A DNA stretch of 64,000 bases from Vitrella brassicaformis CCMP3155 (taxonomy: Eukaryota; Protista; Chromerida), in contig CDMY01000377.1 of the NCBI GenBank assembly GCA_001179505.1, forward strand, positions 1 to 64,000, read 5' to 3'. Shown here one piece after another: positions 61,913 through 64,000 of the stretch. Positions within the stretch are counted from its first letter, which is position 1. Each line of letters opens with the position of its first letter. Below the pieces are notes generated by a model. The model was not told the origin of the DNA. It saw only the letters and a list, made by a program, of their open reading frames with translations, and searched no databases. The translations under genes and the position numbers were made by a program.

Positions 61913-61948
<36 letters not shown>

Positions 61949-62270
61949 TCACATTTCCCTGTCATCCTCCATGCCCTCGGTCCTTCTTGTTCTCCCTTTG
62001 CACCTCAATACGTCCAGATCACTGCAGCCAGAGCGATGATGCCGACATCTGTGCCGATTGATATCATCACAGCGCGTCTTTGTGTATGTCACACAGACCC
62101 ACCATCGCCATGTTGCACCGGAGAAGAGGGGGGGAAAAGGGCTGAAGGGGAAGAATTGGGCCAAGCTCGCAGGCCGATCCGGGCGAGCATGCCTTGGTCC
62201 GCATTTGCAACTCATGGAGGGTGAGATGAGTGTAGTTCGCTTTCACGTGCTGACTGAGTCGTGGTGATTG
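61841..62270. promoter_or_regulatory. Divergent B/A spacer, copy 2
   Basis: Homologous to 3043-3425 and about 99% identical by eye to 63249-63688. Confidence 0.65.
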
Positions 62271-62605
62271 ATGGCGTCTTCGTTGCCCGACGAGCTGTGG
62301 CGAGGCCGGGTGGTGAGGTGCCTGCAGCTGCCTGATGTGATATTTCTCCGCAAAACCTCCCGCGCCATCGGCACGTCCATTATCACGGCCGCTCTGCTAG
62401 TGGAGCGCATCGACGGCTCCCTCGCCCGCCACTCACTCACCGGCCTCATCGACATCGACCGCACTGCCCCTCTCCCATTCAGCTACGTGCTGCGGGCGGC
62501 CTATGTGCTGGAGCAGGGCAACGACGAGTGGCCTGGGATGGGGCGGCTCATCCGGCTGGCCGCCATCTATCGGCTGACACCTGTCAATGGGCTGCCCCTG
62601 GTGCT
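62271..62605 (+). CDS. Family A, 5' part (truncated by gap)
   Basis: MASSLPDELWRGRVVRCLQLPDVIFLRKTSR, nearly identical to 53157. Confidence 0.75.
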
Positions 62606-62905
62606 NNNNNNNNNNNNNNNNNNNNNNNNNNNNNNNNNNNNNNNNNNNNNNNNNNNNNNNNNNNNNNNNNNNNNNNNNNNNNNNNNNNNNNNNNNNNNNN
62701 NNNNNNNNNNNNNNNNNNNNNNNNNNNNNNNNNNNNNNNNNNNNNNNNNNNNNNNNNNNNNNNNNNNNNNNNNNNNNNNNNNNNNNNNNNNNNNNNNNNN
62801 NNNNNNNNNNNNNNNNNNNNNNNNNNNNNNNNNNNNNNNNNNNNNNNNNNNNNNNNNNNNNNNNNNNNNNNNNNNNNNNNNNNNNNNNNNNNNNNNNNNN
62901 NNNNN

Positions 62906-63248
62906 TCCACCACGCTGCCGAAGCTGCCTTCCACGACAACGGGCAGCAGTCGTGTGAGGATGGGCAGCAGGATGCAGGGTTGAACTGTGTGGGGTGGGCG
63001 TCGATGAGGGCCTCCAGCTGCGAATAGCTCTTGACGTACTCGGCGATGATGACCGCTGCCTCCTCAGGCACATTAGCGGCACTGACGGCTGGTTCCACCA
63101 TAGAAGGGACACTAGCTGATGCCTCAGAGCTGGCGCCTCCGTCACGCGCAGCCAATGTCTGCAACCCCCGCCGACCGACAGGCATCACGAATGTATGCAT
63201 GCTGGCGCTTTCGTCGCTCGGCTCACCGTGAATAAGGCCTTCAGCCAT
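62906..63248 (-). CDS. Family B, 5' part (truncated by gap; apparent frameshift near 62985)
   Basis: MAEGLIHGEPSDES...VPEEAAVIIAEYVKSYSQLEALIDAHPTQF. Confidence 0.65.
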
Positions 63249-63688
63249 CGCCACGGGTTTAACATGCCGACGTCTTGATCGGGTCAGAACCGCCTGTGAG
63301 TCGCAGTTCTGCCACACACGCACACACACACACACACACACACAAAGAGAGAGAGAGAGAGAGAGATCACATTTCCCTGTCATCCTCCATGCCCTCGGTC
63401 CTTCTTGTTCTCCCTTTGCACCTCAATACGTCCAGATCACTGCAGCCAGAGCGATGATGCCGACATCTGTGCCGATTGATATCATCACAGCGCGTCTTTG
63501 TGTATGTCACACAGACCCACCATCGCCATGTTGCACCGGAGAAGAGGGGGGGGAAAGGGCTGAAGGGGAAGAATTGCGCCAAGCTCGCAGGCCGATCCGG
63601 GCGAGCATGCCTTGGTCCGCATTTGCAACTCATGGAGGGTGAGATGAGTGTAGTTCGCTTTCACGTGCTGACTGAGTCGTGGTGATTG
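63249..63688. promoter_or_regulatory. Divergent B/A spacer, copy 3
   Basis: Near-identical to 61841-62270. Confidence 0.65.
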
Positions 63689-64000
63689 ATGGCGTCTTCG
63701 TTGCCCGACGAGCTGTGGCGAGGCCGGGTGGTGAGGTGCCTGCAGCTGCCTGATGTGATATTTCTCCGCAAAACCTCCCGCGCCATCGGCACGTCCATTA
63801 TCACGGCCGCTCTGCTAGTGGAGCGCATCGACGGCTCCCTCGCCCGCCACTCACTCACCGGCCTCATCGACATCGACCGCACTGCCCCTCTCCCATTCAG
63901 CTACGTGCTGCGGGCGGCCTATGTGCTGGAGCAGGGCAACGACGAGTGGCCTGTGATGGGGCGGCTCATCCGGCTGGCCGCCATCCATCGGCTGACACCT
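63689..64000 (+). CDS. Family A, 5' part (runs off window)
   Basis: ATG at 63689, MASSLPDELWRGRVVR. Confidence 0.75.
   Translation, partial: MASSLPDELWRGRVVRCLQLPDVIFLRKTSRAIGTSIITAALLVERIDGSLARHSLTGLIDIDRTAPLPFSYVLRAAYVLEQGNDEWPVMGRLIRLAAIHRLTP

Noticed and set aside
1-64000. Autonomous transposon, rRNA, tRNA or spliced-leader genes
   Set aside because: No transposase, RT, integrase or Rep/helicase motifs and no structural RNA signature was recognised by eye. A covariance-model search was not possible.

Overview
Eukaryotic nuclear DNA: GC-rich coding sequence, very many short GT-AG introns packed with CA/GT, CAGA/TCTG, GA/TC and GGAT microsatellites, and five fixed 300-N scaffold gaps. The intron style and gene families look like the chromerid alga Vitrella brassicaformis (inference, not verified). 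The central block (11.6-35.3 kb) is intron-dense and mostly conserved: GT48 1,3-beta-glucan synthase (-), ZC3H15/Tma46 (+), CPA1 Na+/H+ exchanger (-), and a triple AP2-like + SAM-like protein (+). An RluA/RPUSD2-like pseudouridine synthase (-) lies at 47-49 kb. The flanks (0-10 kb, 36-46 kb, 53-64 kb) are dominated by lineage-specific repeated families. The best candidate system is two families with intronless CDS, here called A and B. Both are about 350 aa with an F-box-like N-terminus and share three motifs, so they appear to be distant paralogues. They recur as a head-to-head B<-->A cassette with a conserved spacer and conserved 3' flanks (about 14 copies or fragments, many pseudogenised). 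Other notable items: a 555-bp foldback element built from 20-bp palindromic subrepeats, an inverted duplication of the A 3' end that could form hairpin RNA, and introns polarised AC-rich at the 5' end and GU-rich at the 3' end, making them self-complementary. No rRNA, tRNA or CRISPR array was seen. Multi-exon gene coordinates are outer limits from manual splice reading.
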